A DNA stretch of 64,000 bases from an uncultured Nitrososphaerota archaeon (lineage in GTDB: Archaea > Thermoproteota > Nitrososphaeria > Nitrososphaerales > Gagatemarchaeaceae): positions 1,184,001-1,248,000 of the forward strand of contig OY969807.1 in NCBI GenBank assembly GCA_963703285.1, given 5' to 3'. This document shows, in pieces, positions 40,302 through 50,135 of the stretch (positions are counted from its first letter, which is position 1; each line of letters begins with the position of its first letter). Position numbers and translations under genes: made by a program. The notes below the pieces were generated by a model, which saw nothing but the letters and a program-made list of their open reading frames with translations, was not told the DNA's origin and did no database searches.

Positions 40302-41348
40302 TTGCCGCAATGCCCGACGTGCCACAGCGAGGTTGGTGCCGAGTATCTCTTCTGCCCGAACTGCGGAGCGAGCATCGCCCCATCGGCCCCGAGCGGCGTC
40401 CTACCGTCAGAGGGCGGAACCCCTCCGCCGCAGGGTGAGCAGAGAGTCTCCCGGGGAAGGACGGCGGCCGTCGTGACAATCATAGCGCTGCTGGTTTTCG
40501 TCTCCGTCTTCTACGTGCTCCCGTCGACGTCGCCCGTCAGTCATGGCGGGTCGCCTGTGAACTGCGCGTCGGCCTCTGCCTCATCGACCTTCGTGGCGGC
40601 GCCGGCCCCGAACTATGACGTCCAGCAGGTCATGGCGTTCTACCCCACCTACACCCAGCTGGAGTTCAACGTTACCGCCATAGCCCAGTGCGACGCCAAC
40701 GGGTACGGGCCTTCCTACCTCCTCAACGGCCTGACGAACACGGGCTACTGGTACCAGGTCGGGATAAACTGGGACTGGCCGCTCCAGGCAGGGGGCTACG
40801 ACTCTGGTTTCGGTTTCGTCACCGAGGCGTGGGCGCCGGGCGGACTCACCCGCTCACCGCCCTCCGTGGCTTTCTCAGGCGTCGTCAACTCGGGCGACAC
40901 CATCGAGCTGGGCCTCTCCTTCAGCGGCGGACAGGTGGTGGCATCCGCGCGAGATCTGGTCACGGGGGCGAGCGGCTCGATGAGCTACCCCGCAAGGAGC
41001 GCGACCGAGTTCATCGGGTCGCAGGAGCAGCAGTCACAGGCACGGTTCTCCTTCGACACGGAGGGTTACTTCACCGGCCTGATGACGGAGTGGTACCACG
41101 TGAGCTCGAACTACGACGGGCCGGAGCAGAGCGTCTCCTACTCGGAAAACGATTCGGCGATAGCGTCGGCTACCCTTGGGGTCGGCGAGTGGAACTTCAC
41201 TGGCATCTCGCCCAGCTCCGTCTTCTCCCGCGTGGCGAACAACGGGAACCCGATAGACCTCGGCGCTCAGCCCACCCAGCTGCAGCAGTTCACGCTCGAC
41301 GGGTTCACGCTCTCGGCTGACTCCTACGAGTTCGTCACCGGGTCCTAG
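40302..41348 (+). CDS. Zinc-ribbon + TM + extracellular beta-rich domain protein
   Basis: CPTC..FCPNCG, TM, YLLNGLT..GYWYQVG. Confidence 0.75.
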   Translation: MPQCPTCHSEVGAEYLFCPNCGASIAPSAPSGVLPSEGGTPPPQGEQRVSRGRTAAVVTIIALLVFVSVFYVLPSTSPVSHGGSPVNCASASASSTFVAAPAPNYDVQQVMAFYPTYTQLEFNVTAIAQCDANGYGPSYLLNGLTNTGYWYQVGINWDWPLQAGGYDSGFGFVTEAWAPGGLTRSPPSVAFSGVVNSGDTIELGLSFSGGQVVASARDLVTGASGSMSYPARSATEFIGSQEQQSQARFSFDTEGYFTGLMTEWYHVSSNYDGPEQSVSYSENDSAIASATLGVGEWNFTGISPSSVFSRVANNGNPIDLGAQPTQLQQFTLDGFTLSADSYEFVTGS

Positions 41349-41367
41349 AATCGCCGATTGAGAATCA

Positions 41368-42012
41368 TCACAGGAGGGCCTGCAGCTTGTCCAGCGGCTT
41401 GCGATTCTCCCTCGACCACTTGACGAGACCTCTTCCCTCTTCGGTAATCCCGTAGACCTCTCTCCCGAACGTCGGGGCGCCGCACGTGGGGCAGTTGCCC
41501 TTTCCCCCTTCCCCCAGGTTCACCCTCGTCGCGAGCCCCGCATCGTTGAGGGCTCTCAGGGCGGATTTCGCCCCCGCCCTCCCCGTCCTCGTCTTCCGAC
41601 CTATCTCCGCCGCCGAGAGCGGGTATGACGTCCCCGCCAGCAACTCCAAGATGGCCATGCGAGAGCGGAGCGGCCCCTTGGGTTTCCTCGCCGCAGGTTT
41701 CGGCCTGCCCCCCCTCTTCTCCGGGTTCAGAATCAGGACGCTGCTCGAGTGGCTCGGCTTGGGTTCCGGGGGAGTCGGCTGGCTCGCCTTCCATCCTATG
41801 ACGTGCCAAAGCTCGGCCCCGCCCGAGGCATCAGCCGACGAGGTGTCGAGCGCGAGCTTCCTGCCGATCCTCTGCTCCTCCCAGAGCTGGTTCAGAACGG
41901 GCTTTGCCGCTTCCAGGTCCATGCCAAGCTCCTGCGCGATGCGCTTGGTGGAGACCAGCCCTTCCTTCTTGAGCAAGTCCAGGATCCGGGTCTCGAGTTC
42001 GTTCTTCATCAT
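41368..42012 (-). CDS. Tandem winged-helix DNA-binding protein
   Basis: Two HTH-like segments, CPTC, YGITEEG. Confidence 0.65.
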   Translation of the reverse strand: MMKNELETRILDLLKKEGLVSTKRIAQELGMDLEAAKPVLNQLWEEQRIGRKLALDTSSADASGGAELWHVIGWKASQPTPPEPKPSHSSSVLILNPEKRGGRPKPAARKPKGPLRSRMAILELLAGTSYPLSAAEIGRKTRTGRAGAKSALRALNDAGLATRVNLGEGGKGNCPTCGAPTFGREVYGITEEGRGLVKWSRENRKPLDKLQALL

Positions 42013-42165
42013 CTTGCATCTGCGCTCCCAGCACTTCTCTGACCCTTCTCTCTGCGTTGACCAGCAACCCCGCCTCGTTCTTCGGAACCGACTTCAGGTA
42101 CCATTCGTCGAGCCATTTCTCGTGGGTTCTAATCCCATTTAAGCTTCCTCTCGAGATTCGGCCCT

Positions 42166-42657
42166 CTAGCTGGCCGTGAACTCGAAGGGCGCGGAGAGGA
42201 GGATCCCGCCCACACTAACGCCCGCCGTCCCGTTGACCTCCAGCGCCACGCTCCCAAGACCGACGAGATAGTATCCGAGGCCGCTAAAGGCCTTGTCCCA
42301 ACTGACGGAGATGGGAAAGACGAAGGTCTGGGACGACCCGGCGGCGAGGCTGAATGCGCGCGTCGTCTCCCCGCTCCCCAGGTAGTGCCCGTTAGCGTAG
42401 ACCGAGTAGCTCGCCGAATCCAGTACCGCCCCCACTGGATAGGGGTTGAAGACGACAGCTCTGAGGGTCACGCTCAGGTCTGCTCTCCCCAGTCCCGCCA
42501 AGGCCACCGAGGTGGACCTCAGCTGGAGGCCCGCGATTGTGGGCTCCTGCGTTCGGGACCGATTCATCGAGTAGTAGCCGTAGGTGACCCCGGCCGTGGC
42601 GATGAGAACCCCCAACAGCAGCGCGGTGATGACTAAGTTCTCTCTGTCCGAGGACAA
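42166..42657 (-). CDS. LEA type 2 / WHy domain membrane protein
   Basis: TM then V.NP......L....Y.VY.NG..LG.G. Confidence 0.7.
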   Translation of the reverse strand: MSSDRENLVITALLLGVLIATAGVTYGYYSMNRSRTQEPTIAGLQLRSTSVALAGLGRADLSVTLRAVVFNPYPVGAVLDSASYSVYANGHYLGSGETTRAFSLAAGSSQTFVFPISVSWDKAFSGLGYYLVGLGSVALEVNGTAGVSVGGILLSAPFEFTAS

Positions 42658-42789
42658 CGGCGTGAGCTTTCGGGATGCTCGACGATTAAAGGATTGGTGT
42701 CCGGAATGAGGCGCGGCCAGACCGAGATACCTTGCTATACACCAACGGTTCGACCATCATAAATAGACCCAGCCGAGCCTCCCAGACGT

Positions 42790-45555
42790 TTGGAAGAGGA
42801 AGAACGGGGGCTCGGCAGGTTCCAGCGAAACAGGCTAGTCACCTGGTTGCTACTGGCGGTCATAGGAGTGACCGTGGTCCTATCCATCCTCTGGGTCATC
42901 CTCAACTGGTCGATTGCGGAGGCGGTCTACTCGGCGAAAGCCAACCTCAACTGGTTCAGCATCACCTTCTACCACGACTACCTCTTCGTCGCTGCCGCCC
43001 TCTTCGCCCTCCTGCTGGTCTATCCCAAGGTCGGGGGAAGCGACCTCAGGAGCCTCCTCCAAGTGCTGGGGAGGAGGATGAGGCGCGACGAGTTCGAGCA
43101 GGAGGAGAGGCGGCCGATTGAAGGAAAGATGAACACCTCGCTCTGGGCACTCTGGCAGACCGCCAAGTGGGCGCTTGGTTTCTACTTCTTCGTGTCCTTC
43201 CGGGGGTTCCCGCTGCTCGGCCAGGGCATGAACTCGATAATGATGGCGACAATGGGCCTTGGGAGCTGGTCGCAGGTCCCCAGGGTCTTCCTCCTCCCCC
43301 TCTTCCCAGCGTCCGGCTCCCAGATCGTCTCGCTCATGCCTACCATGCAAATCGAGTACGCAGTGCTCGTCTACGTCGCCTCGGCGTTCCTCCTCGTCTT
43401 CGCCCTCAGGCAGGTGCTCAGGCTGTTCGCGAACCTCCCGACTAGGAGGAGCGACGTCTGGATAAGGAACCTCCTGGCGATCGCGGGGGCGGTAATCCTG
43501 GAGATCGCAATCGGCGCCCCTTACTGGCTGATGAACATCGCTACGCCCTACGTCTACGGCATTACAGTGACACTCTTCTTCTTCACTGTCGGGGGCTACC
43601 TCTACCTCACCAAGCGGCGAGACCTCCTCCTGAAGCGGGTCAACGTCTTCAAGATCATCGCAGTCGTCTTCGCCGCGGTCCTCATACTGCAGGTCGGGGC
43701 GGGCGCGTTCTACTACTTCAACTGGAACAACAACTACCTGAACTATCAGTTTTACCCGCAGACCCAGAAGGAGATCACGGTGACGAGGTGGGCGGCAGGG
43801 CTGAACAACATCCAGGTGAGCAACATCACCGACCTGCCCACCAGCAACCCCACGACCACTCTCAACCTCGTGAGGCAGTGGGACCAGACCGCGGCCGCGG
43901 TCACCAACACGAAGGAGATTGGCGCGTACAACTGGATGGCCCTGGGGAGCTCGGAGATCGTGTTCTACAACGGGACCGAATACTGGGTCTCGCCGACGAC
44001 TCCCACATTCCCTGAAACGGATTGGATCAGCGAGCACCTGATCTACACGCACGCGTCCAAAGTCCTCGTGATAAACACGCACACGGGCGGCGTCGTGAAC
44101 GCGACCACGGCCTTCGGGATACCCTCCGAACCGCTGATCTACTACGGCGAGGGCGCGGGGTTCAACGGGTCTGTCTACGTGAATGTCCCCGGCTACAATC
44201 AGGTCCAGGACGCGACATTTCCGGGCACGCCCGACTACGTCCTGAGCGGCTGGCAGAAGTCGATGTGGTTCACCTTCGTCGAGGGGCAGCTCGGATTCGC
44301 CTTCTCGAGCGAGTCGATCAACATGCTCTGGAACAGGAACATCTTCGCCAGGGTCGGCGACATACTGATTCCCGGCCTGACGATGGACCCGGCGGCCTAC
44401 ATCGTCTCCGACGGGAAGAACCTGTACTACGCCGTCCAGGTCTACATAAACTACCCGCTGAGCTCGGGCTTCGCCGCGAGCCCCTATCTCAGGTTCTTCG
44501 GAGTCGTCCTTGTAAACATCCAGGACGGCTCGATGCAGGGCTACACCGTCTCGAACCTGATGGGAGGGGTCAACAGCACGGACTTCCTCACGCAATACTA
44601 TCAGAACTACTACAGCAGCTGGAAGGCACCTCCCGCCTGGCTCGTGCCCCAGATACGGTACCCCGAACAGCTCCTGGGAACGCCCACCGTCCCCGGTCAG
44701 CTTGACTACGACTTCGTATACCACGTGAGCGACCCATTCGTCTTTAGGTCGGGGACCCAGTTCTACGCGCGTCCCGTCACGAGCAACACGACGGCCTCAG
44801 TACAGTACATTCCTTTTGCGGTGGGGAGCGAAACATACTTCGTAGCGCAGCAGCCCGTCCAGTACCAGGGCGCCGTGAGCAAGAACCTCGCAGGGCTGTA
44901 CATCGCCTACGGCGGGGACAAGCTGGGTCAGATCGACCTATACCAGAATCCCTCGACCTCCACTCCCATAATCGGTCCCTCGGCCGCGGAGAACGCCCTC
45001 ACGACCAACCAGCAGGTGAGGACCCAGCTTACCCTCCTGCCGAACTATAGGATAGGGTCCTACCTCCTCTACTCGGTTGACGGAGAGCTCACGTATTTCG
45101 TCGCGGTCTACACTAACCCAGGAACATCAGGGGTGGTCACGCAGCTGCCCTTCATGACAGCGGTCAACCCGAACACGGGGATAGTCGCCGTGGGGTCGGA
45201 CGCGACCTTGGCCTTCGACGCGCTCAACTCGAGCCTGCCCATCACCGTCACACAGGATGAGACGACAACCATACGCCAGATAGACGGCCTAATCGCCAGC
45301 GACGGGTATACGGTCGTGAACGCCACCTCGCTCAACCCGACAGTCTGGATAAACGTCGGGACCGTCTCCTACAGCACGGTTGGAGCGAACGCCACGATTG
45401 ACCAGGTGACGTCGCTGCTCCAGAACTACGGAACGGGGAGTGTCGCGAACACCGTCTACACCTGGATCGACAGCTCCGGAAACACCAACTTCGGAGTCCT
45501 CAAGGTCCTGGCCTCCGGTGTGACCGAGCTTTACTACGTCACCATCAAGCCGTGA
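42790..45555 (+). CDS. UPF0182-family membrane protein
   Basis: Multi-TM N-terminus; I..TR.A.GL, RQWD, W..EHL.YTH, P.IYYGE, RYPE.L. Confidence 0.85.
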   Translation: MEEEERGLGRFQRNRLVTWLLLAVIGVTVVLSILWVILNWSIAEAVYSAKANLNWFSITFYHDYLFVAAALFALLLVYPKVGGSDLRSLLQVLGRRMRRDEFEQEERRPIEGKMNTSLWALWQTAKWALGFYFFVSFRGFPLLGQGMNSIMMATMGLGSWSQVPRVFLLPLFPASGSQIVSLMPTMQIEYAVLVYVASAFLLVFALRQVLRLFANLPTRRSDVWIRNLLAIAGAVILEIAIGAPYWLMNIATPYVYGITVTLFFFTVGGYLYLTKRRDLLLKRVNVFKIIAVVFAAVLILQVGAGAFYYFNWNNNYLNYQFYPQTQKEITVTRWAAGLNNIQVSNITDLPTSNPTTTLNLVRQWDQTAAAVTNTKEIGAYNWMALGSSEIVFYNGTEYWVSPTTPTFPETDWISEHLIYTHASKVLVINTHTGGVVNATTAFGIPSEPLIYYGEGAGFNGSVYVNVPGYNQVQDATFPGTPDYVLSGWQKSMWFTFVEGQLGFAFSSESINMLWNRNIFARVGDILIPGLTMDPAAYIVSDGKNLYYAVQVYINYPLSSGFAASPYLRFFGVVLVNIQDGSMQGYTVSNLMGGVNSTDFLTQYYQNYYSSWKAPPAWLVPQIRYPEQLLGTPTVPGQLDYDFVYHVSDPFVFRSGTQFYARPVTSNTTASVQYIPFAVGSETYFVAQQPVQYQGAVSKNLAGLYIAYGGDKLGQIDLYQNPSTSTPIIGPSAAENALTTNQQVRTQLTLLPNYRIGSYLLYSVDGELTYFVAVYTNPGTSGVVTQLPFMTAVNPNTGIVAVGSDATLAFDALNSSLPITVTQDETTTIRQIDGLIASDGYTVVNATSLNPTVWINVGTVSYSTVGANATIDQVTSLLQNYGTGSVANTVYTWIDSSGNTNFGVLKVLASGVTELYYVTIKP

Positions 45556-45566
45556 GCCTCGGCGTT

Positions 45567-45854
45567 CTAGTGACTGGCGAACAGGACGACGACCACGAGG
45601 ATTAGCGCTATGAGGCCCAGCGCAACGACCCTCAGAGTTCCGTTCCTCTCCCAGATGGTAATCGTTGCGTCGAACCGATCGATGGGGTTCCTTGAGTTCA
45701 GCTTCCTGACCAGCCTGAGCGCCTCCTCGTAGACGAACTGACCCCGATCTATGAGGATGATGTTGTCCCCTCTCATGACGAGCGAATGACCCGCGACCGC
45801 CAGTGGCAGGCGGGACCTCCTGTTCGCCCATTCGGTAAAGTGCTCTTCGCTCAT
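45567..45854 (-). CDS. Small protein with C-terminal TM
   Basis: 95-aa ORF; TTTAGA box upstream. Confidence 0.6.
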   Translation of the reverse strand: MSEEHFTEWANRRSRLPLAVAGHSLVMRGDNIILIDRGQFVYEEALRLVRKLNSRNPIDRFDATITIWERNGTLRVVALGLIALILVVVVLFASH

Positions 45855-46035
45855 CGTCGCTCAGCCGAGTCCTCTAAAGAGCCTCTCCTTCTTTACCGTT
45901 TTGGATGCTTCATTCGAGCCTGACGCAGGTCCACTTTCGCCAGGGGGGAAGGGTCGCCGGTTCACTTGTAGACCGAGGCTCTGTCCGGCCTCCAGGACGT
46001 GGCCCTTAAGTACGCTACGCGGATCATCATACGAA

Positions 46036-46290
46036 GCAAAATCGTCGTGAAGACGGGTCGCTAAGCGATCCGTCCGATGTTGGATATGAGGTTGGCTGGC
46101 AGCCGTAAAATCCAGTGCTGGCAATAGCCAAGCTCGTCAGTGAATTTGCTGACAGGGCGGGTGAGGTTCTCCCGTCCCAGGGCCCGCAGGTGAAGCGATG
46201 GTACAGGAACCCGACGACGACGGTAATCCTGAAAGTCGATGCGGGCAAGTCTGATGTAGTGGTGAGTCCCGCAGATTAGACAGAACCTAG
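46036..46290 (+). ncRNA. Candidate structured ncRNA (unassigned)
   Basis: At least six stems, three possible pseudoknots, G-U pairs favour the + strand, CTTAAG box at 46005-46010. Confidence 0.55.
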
Positions 46291-46535
46291 ACCGATACCT
46301 CGACGCTCGACGTCTGCTCGGTCGTCTTCTTCCTGCGCTTCCTTATGTTGTTCATAGCTTCCTCGGCGACCTTCTTGAAGTCCGCCTTCGAAAGGGCGCG
46401 CGCAGCATCATCGCACTCCTTCCCCGTGATTCTCTCGACCTCCTCGTCCAGCTCCTGCTGCACCTTCTCGTTCCTCGCCTGGACGAAGAGGATGAACAGC
46501 TCTCTCCTCATCCGCTCGAAGAAGAACTCGCTCAC
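46287..46535 (-). CDS. Small hypothetical protein
   Basis: 82-aa helical ORF; TTTAAA box ~20 nt upstream. Confidence 0.6.
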   Translation of the reverse strand: MSEFFFERMRRELFILFVQARNEKVQQELDEEVERITGKECDDAARALSKADFKKVAEEAMNNIRKRRKKTTEQTSSVEVSV

Positions 46536-46688
46536 TTTCGGGTCTTAGATGTTTAAACCAGTCCCGGGAAATGAAGTTTGCGGTGGCTGACCTCGCGGCG
46601 AAGTCGGGTCGGTGCGGCTTCTTTGTCAGGCGTTGACGATGAGACGCTCCCGCCAAAGCTTATCTGAAGATGCAGCGAAGCCGAATCC

Positions 46689-47018
46689 GTGTCCGTATCA
46701 ATCGACGTCTTCGCCCAGCTTGACATAAGAGTCGGGAGGATAATCGAGGTTGACGACATTCCGCAGGCGAGGAAGCCCCTCTACAAGTTCAGGATAGACT
46801 TCGGACCGCTCGGGATAAAGCAGTGCGCTGGCGGGATAAAGGCGTACTACGCGAAGGACCAGCTGCTGGGGAAGATGGTCGTGGCGGTTGTCAACCTCGA
46901 ACCCAAGTCAGTCGTGGGTGTGATCTCGGAGTGCATGATGCTCTCCGCGTTCTCGGAGACCGACCTCTCCCTCGTCACCCCGGACAAGGAGATGCCGCTG
47001 GGGACGAAGGTGGTCTAG
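46689..47018 (+). CDS. tRNA-binding OB-fold protein (Trbp111/CsaA)
   Basis: F.QLDIRVGRI, LYK..IDFG, VVNL.P......SE.M. Confidence 0.92.
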   Translation: MSVSIDVFAQLDIRVGRIIEVDDIPQARKPLYKFRIDFGPLGIKQCAGGIKAYYAKDQLLGKMVVAVVNLEPKSVVGVISECMMLSAFSETDLSLVTPDKEMPLGTKVV

Positions 47019-47065
47019 CGAGCGCGTCAGGTTTTTATCCGGTGGATTTCGGTCACCTCGACTGC

Positions 47066-47184
47066 GCGGTCGTCGTCTAGTTCTCCGTCGTGGAGAGGAA
47101 AGCCTGGTCTAGGACATTACGCCCTAAATCTCGGCATGTAGGCTTGCCAAGCTAGTAACCCGGGTTCAAATCCCGGCGACCGCA
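47066..47184 (+). tRNA. tRNA-Gly(GCC) with two introns (47081-47102 at 15/16; 47120-47141 at 29/30)
   Basis: Acceptor GCGGTCG/CGACCGC, T-arm CCGGG-TTCAAAT-CCCGG, anticodon GCC at 47146-47148; cloverleaf restored after removing both inserts; TTTTAT promoter upstream. Confidence 0.92.
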
Positions 47185-47385
47185 CCTCTTCTACACGAAA
47201 GGGGTCGAGATCCGAGACAAGTGTTACGATTTGAACCTAAGGTCACATGCGCTGACTCAGGAAGGTCGAAATCTGGAGCAGCGGGTCACCCGCTCGTAGG
47301 ATTGTAGGACGGAGAACTATCTCACGGTGCCGCACCCACGCGCGCGTGGATAACCTATCTCTCAACCAGACTTTTCGGACACGCG

Positions 47386-48435
47386 CTAAAGCGAAGGATG
47401 GACGAGGTTCCTTCTCACCGCGTGGGTGGTTTCAACTTGTGGTAGGGGAATGCCGATGGTGGAAAGGAACCTCCTCCCCGCGACGGGCAGGTCATGCCAT
47501 TCTTTCACGTATCTGTATCCCTTGATACCGACCTCTTTCCTGAAGGAGGGGTCACTGTAGAGCTCCTTGATGCACTCCTTGAGCTTTGGCCTGTCGTTGA
47601 ATCCTGGGTCGACGAACCACGGTTCTATTCCTCTCTCCCTCAGCTCATTGTACACGGTCGGGTGCACGTTGACCACGACGGGCATCTTCATGCAGCACGC
47701 TTCAAGGCCGCTGTTGCCGTAGCACAGGTTGCTGACCTGGTCGAAAGCGGCGTCGCAGGTCCCCCTGACCCTCATGCACTGCTCGTGTGTGGACCTCTCT
47801 ACGATGACGAGCTGAAGGTCGTCGTAGGCGGGGGACTCGTGCTTCAGGTCCTCGATGCACTCTACGAGAAGCTTGGTGCCCTTCACCTCGCGCACCGTGG
47901 GCGAATGGAAGAAACGCACCTTCCTGCTCCTGCTCCTCGTCTTGAAGCCAGCGTACTCCCTCACCGGAGTGGGTACGGGGAACCACTGAAGGTCTGGTTT
48001 GCCGTACTGCAGCAGGTCAAGGGTGCTGGCGAGGCGAATTAGGCCCGATGATCTGTCTGCGGCATTGATTCTTTCGTAATCGTTCCTGTAGATGCTTCCC
48101 CTGTGCCATATCACGCGGAGTCTGCCTTCATCGTACGGAATGTGGACGGGGTAGGGTCTCTCCCACAGGGGATGCTTGTTGACGAGGATTACGTTGGGTT
48201 CTCCCCCGCCCAGCCAGTTCGCGAAACCGGACCGTCCACTGGCGGTTGACACGTCAAACCAGTAGGGATAGTCGAAATAATTGTGCGACGTAACGCAGTT
48301 GACTGCATCCACCCCCAAGAGCTTCAGTGCCCTTGTCAGGTTCCAGCAGCCCGAGTCCGCTGGGTAAGAGAAGCAAGCGACCCTCAAGCCTTCGTGGACG
48401 GAATCACGCTGAATCGCGCTTAGGTCTTTGGACAT
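47386..48435 (-). CDS. GT-B fold glycosyltransferase
   Basis: HSPT.R.VKGT, DQ....YG..GLEA.....PVV. Confidence 0.8.
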   Translation of the reverse strand: MSKDLSAIQRDSVHEGLRVACFSYPADSGCWNLTRALKLLGVDAVNCVTSHNYFDYPYWFDVSTASGRSGFANWLGGGEPNVILVNKHPLWERPYPVHIPYDEGRLRVIWHRGSIYRNDYERINAADRSSGLIRLASTLDLLQYGKPDLQWFPVPTPVREYAGFKTRSRSRKVRFFHSPTVREVKGTKLLVECIEDLKHESPAYDDLQLVIVERSTHEQCMRVRGTCDAAFDQVSNLCYGNSGLEACCMKMPVVVNVHPTVYNELRERGIEPWFVDPGFNDRPKLKECIKELYSDPSFRKEVGIKGYRYVKEWHDLPVAGRRFLSTIGIPLPQVETTHAVRRNLVHPSL

Positions 48436-48465
48436 CGTGCAGCCTTCCGACCGTGTTTGGATTCA

Positions 48466-48837
48466 TCAGGATACCAACTGCCAGAGCCCGGCTCTGTATG
48501 CGAACTCTCCAGCCTGAAAGGCCTTTCTGAGGTTGCGAATGTCGCCGCGAATTTCCTTCCGGTACTTGCCTTGGACCTGCCTGAGGGTTTCCTTTCTGGA
48601 GAAGCGCGTCAGGATATGTTGCTCCTCCTCAGGGGTGGGATGCTCTCTCGGCTTGCCTGCAGGAAGTCGTCGCCCCCTACGTTCCTTCTTCTTCTCCTTA
48701 CTCTTGGCCCCAATAGGAAGTGTAGCCTTCTTTCCCTTCCCCTCCTCTCCTCTCCCCACAGGCTCAGCTCCCTTTCCTCTACTTACTGGAGATTTTCTGC
48801 CCTTGGTGGGCCGCTTTCCGCCCGCGAGTGATGGCAT
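48466..48837 (-). CDS. Highly basic hypothetical protein
   Basis: Lys/Arg-rich N-terminal half; CTTAAG box ~33 nt upstream. Confidence 0.5.
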   Translation of the reverse strand: MPSLAGGKRPTKGRKSPVSRGKGAEPVGRGEEGKGKKATLPIGAKSKEKKKERRGRRLPAGKPREHPTPEEEQHILTRFSRKETLRQVQGKYRKEIRGDIRNLRKAFQAGEFAYRAGLWQLVS

Positions 48838-49124
48838 TCCCTACGTCTCGTTTCGCGGCAATCTCCCTACTTAAGTCCTCCTTCAGGAGGTATTGTCCTC
48901 GTTCTATCATACAGTCCTTTTTTCAACTCTTTACTCTCTATACAGTCCTTCTGCTAACTCTAGAACTCTAGGCTAAGGTCTCTGCCAATGTCCCCCGTTC
49001 TTTTGGCTCTCCACGCCAAAGAGAGTGACGCTCGTCAGGCACGACTTCACGGGTCTCTTCTCCCAGATACTCATTGGGGGGAACACCCAATTGAACTACG
49101 GAACAAACGGAACAGAACCGATTG

Positions 49125-49286
49125 ATGTCGGAAAAGGGTATTACGGCCCATGCGGAACGCAACCTTTCGAAAGTGATGAAGTGTTACTGTGGTTTCGTCT
49201 GTGAGACAGAAAATGAACTGAAATCACACGTGCTCAAGGTTCACGGGGCAAGGGATAACGACTGGAAGGGGTGGGTGAGCGGGTGA
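49125..49286 (+). CDS. 53-aa C2H2-like zinc-finger microprotein
   Basis: MKCYCGFVC..ENELKSHVLKVHG; below the ORF-track cutoff. Confidence 0.55.
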   Translation: MSEKGITAHAERNLSKVMKCYCGFVCETENELKSHVLKVHGARDNDWKGWVSG

Positions 49287-49404
49287 ACGAGTTGGTGGCA
49301 CTTTTCACGCCTCCGTAATGCCCCATTCTATTAGAGGTGTTATCAATGGGACGATTCGTCCATCTATGCATAAATAGTGAGAAGGAAATTGGCCCGGCAC
49401 CAAC

Positions 49405-49788
49405 ATGTCCAGCAATCCAGTCAGCAGCAGAAGACAAACGAAACAAGAAGATCCAAAGGGCAGCGAAGAGGTCGAGATGCAGTCCGAACATCACGAGTCA
49501 ACGATCCCCGCAGGAGCCCCGCGCAACCACATCTACGTGGGGAAGAAGCCAGTCATGGAATATGCCATGTCCGCACTGATACAGTTATCGCAGGTCGGAG
49601 AGGTGGTAGTCAAGGCCAGAGGCCTTGCAATCGGCAGAGCGGTGGACGTGGCTGAGATTGTTACCAAGAGGCTAGGGAACGGCATCTTCACCGTCAAGAA
49701 CATCAGCATCAATACGGAGCAGGTCAAGAGCATCGAGACCGGCGAGATGAGGAACGTCTCCTCAATCGAGATAGTGGTCGGCAAGTAG
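49405..49788 (+). CDS. albA: Alba DNA/RNA-binding protein
   Basis: IYVGKKPVM.Y, V.KARG.AI.RAVDVAEI, RNVSSIEI. Confidence 0.95.
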   Translation: MSSNPVSSRRQTKQEDPKGSEEVEMQSEHHESTIPAGAPRNHIYVGKKPVMEYAMSALIQLSQVGEVVVKARGLAIGRAVDVAEIVTKRLGNGIFTVKNISINTEQVKSIETGEMRNVSSIEIVVGK

Positions 49789-50135
49789 AGACCGCTCTTC
49801 TGGAACTTGAATCCTGCCGTCATCAGACCTTTCTCTCCGAAGGAATCATGTTCGACCTGACCGCTGCGAATGAGCTGCACTTCCTGTTCAGGTTCGGCGG
49901 CCTCTTCGACCTGAACCTCAATCCAGATATCCCCTCTTCCCTAAACCGTCTCACGATTCGCTGGAGCTGACTGAATTGACCCTATGACCGAGATTAATGA
50001 AGAAGCGCGTCAAGCTCTGGGACATGAACCATGGCACACAGTAAAGTTGGCGAATCCTGCCGGGCCCGTTACTCACCTTCAACGCACCAGTCCTTAGCCT
50101 CGTTTATGCAAGATCTCCAGATCTGGTGGGTAGTC

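Noticed and set aside
42880-44724. 614-aa antisense ORF, and similar long shadow ORFs at 9855, 13509 and 33126
   Set aside because: Antisense to well-supported genes; expected from high GC3 codon bias
46036-46290. SRP RNA or RNase P RNA
   Set aside because: The conserved SRP helix 8 and RNase P P4 signature sequences are absent
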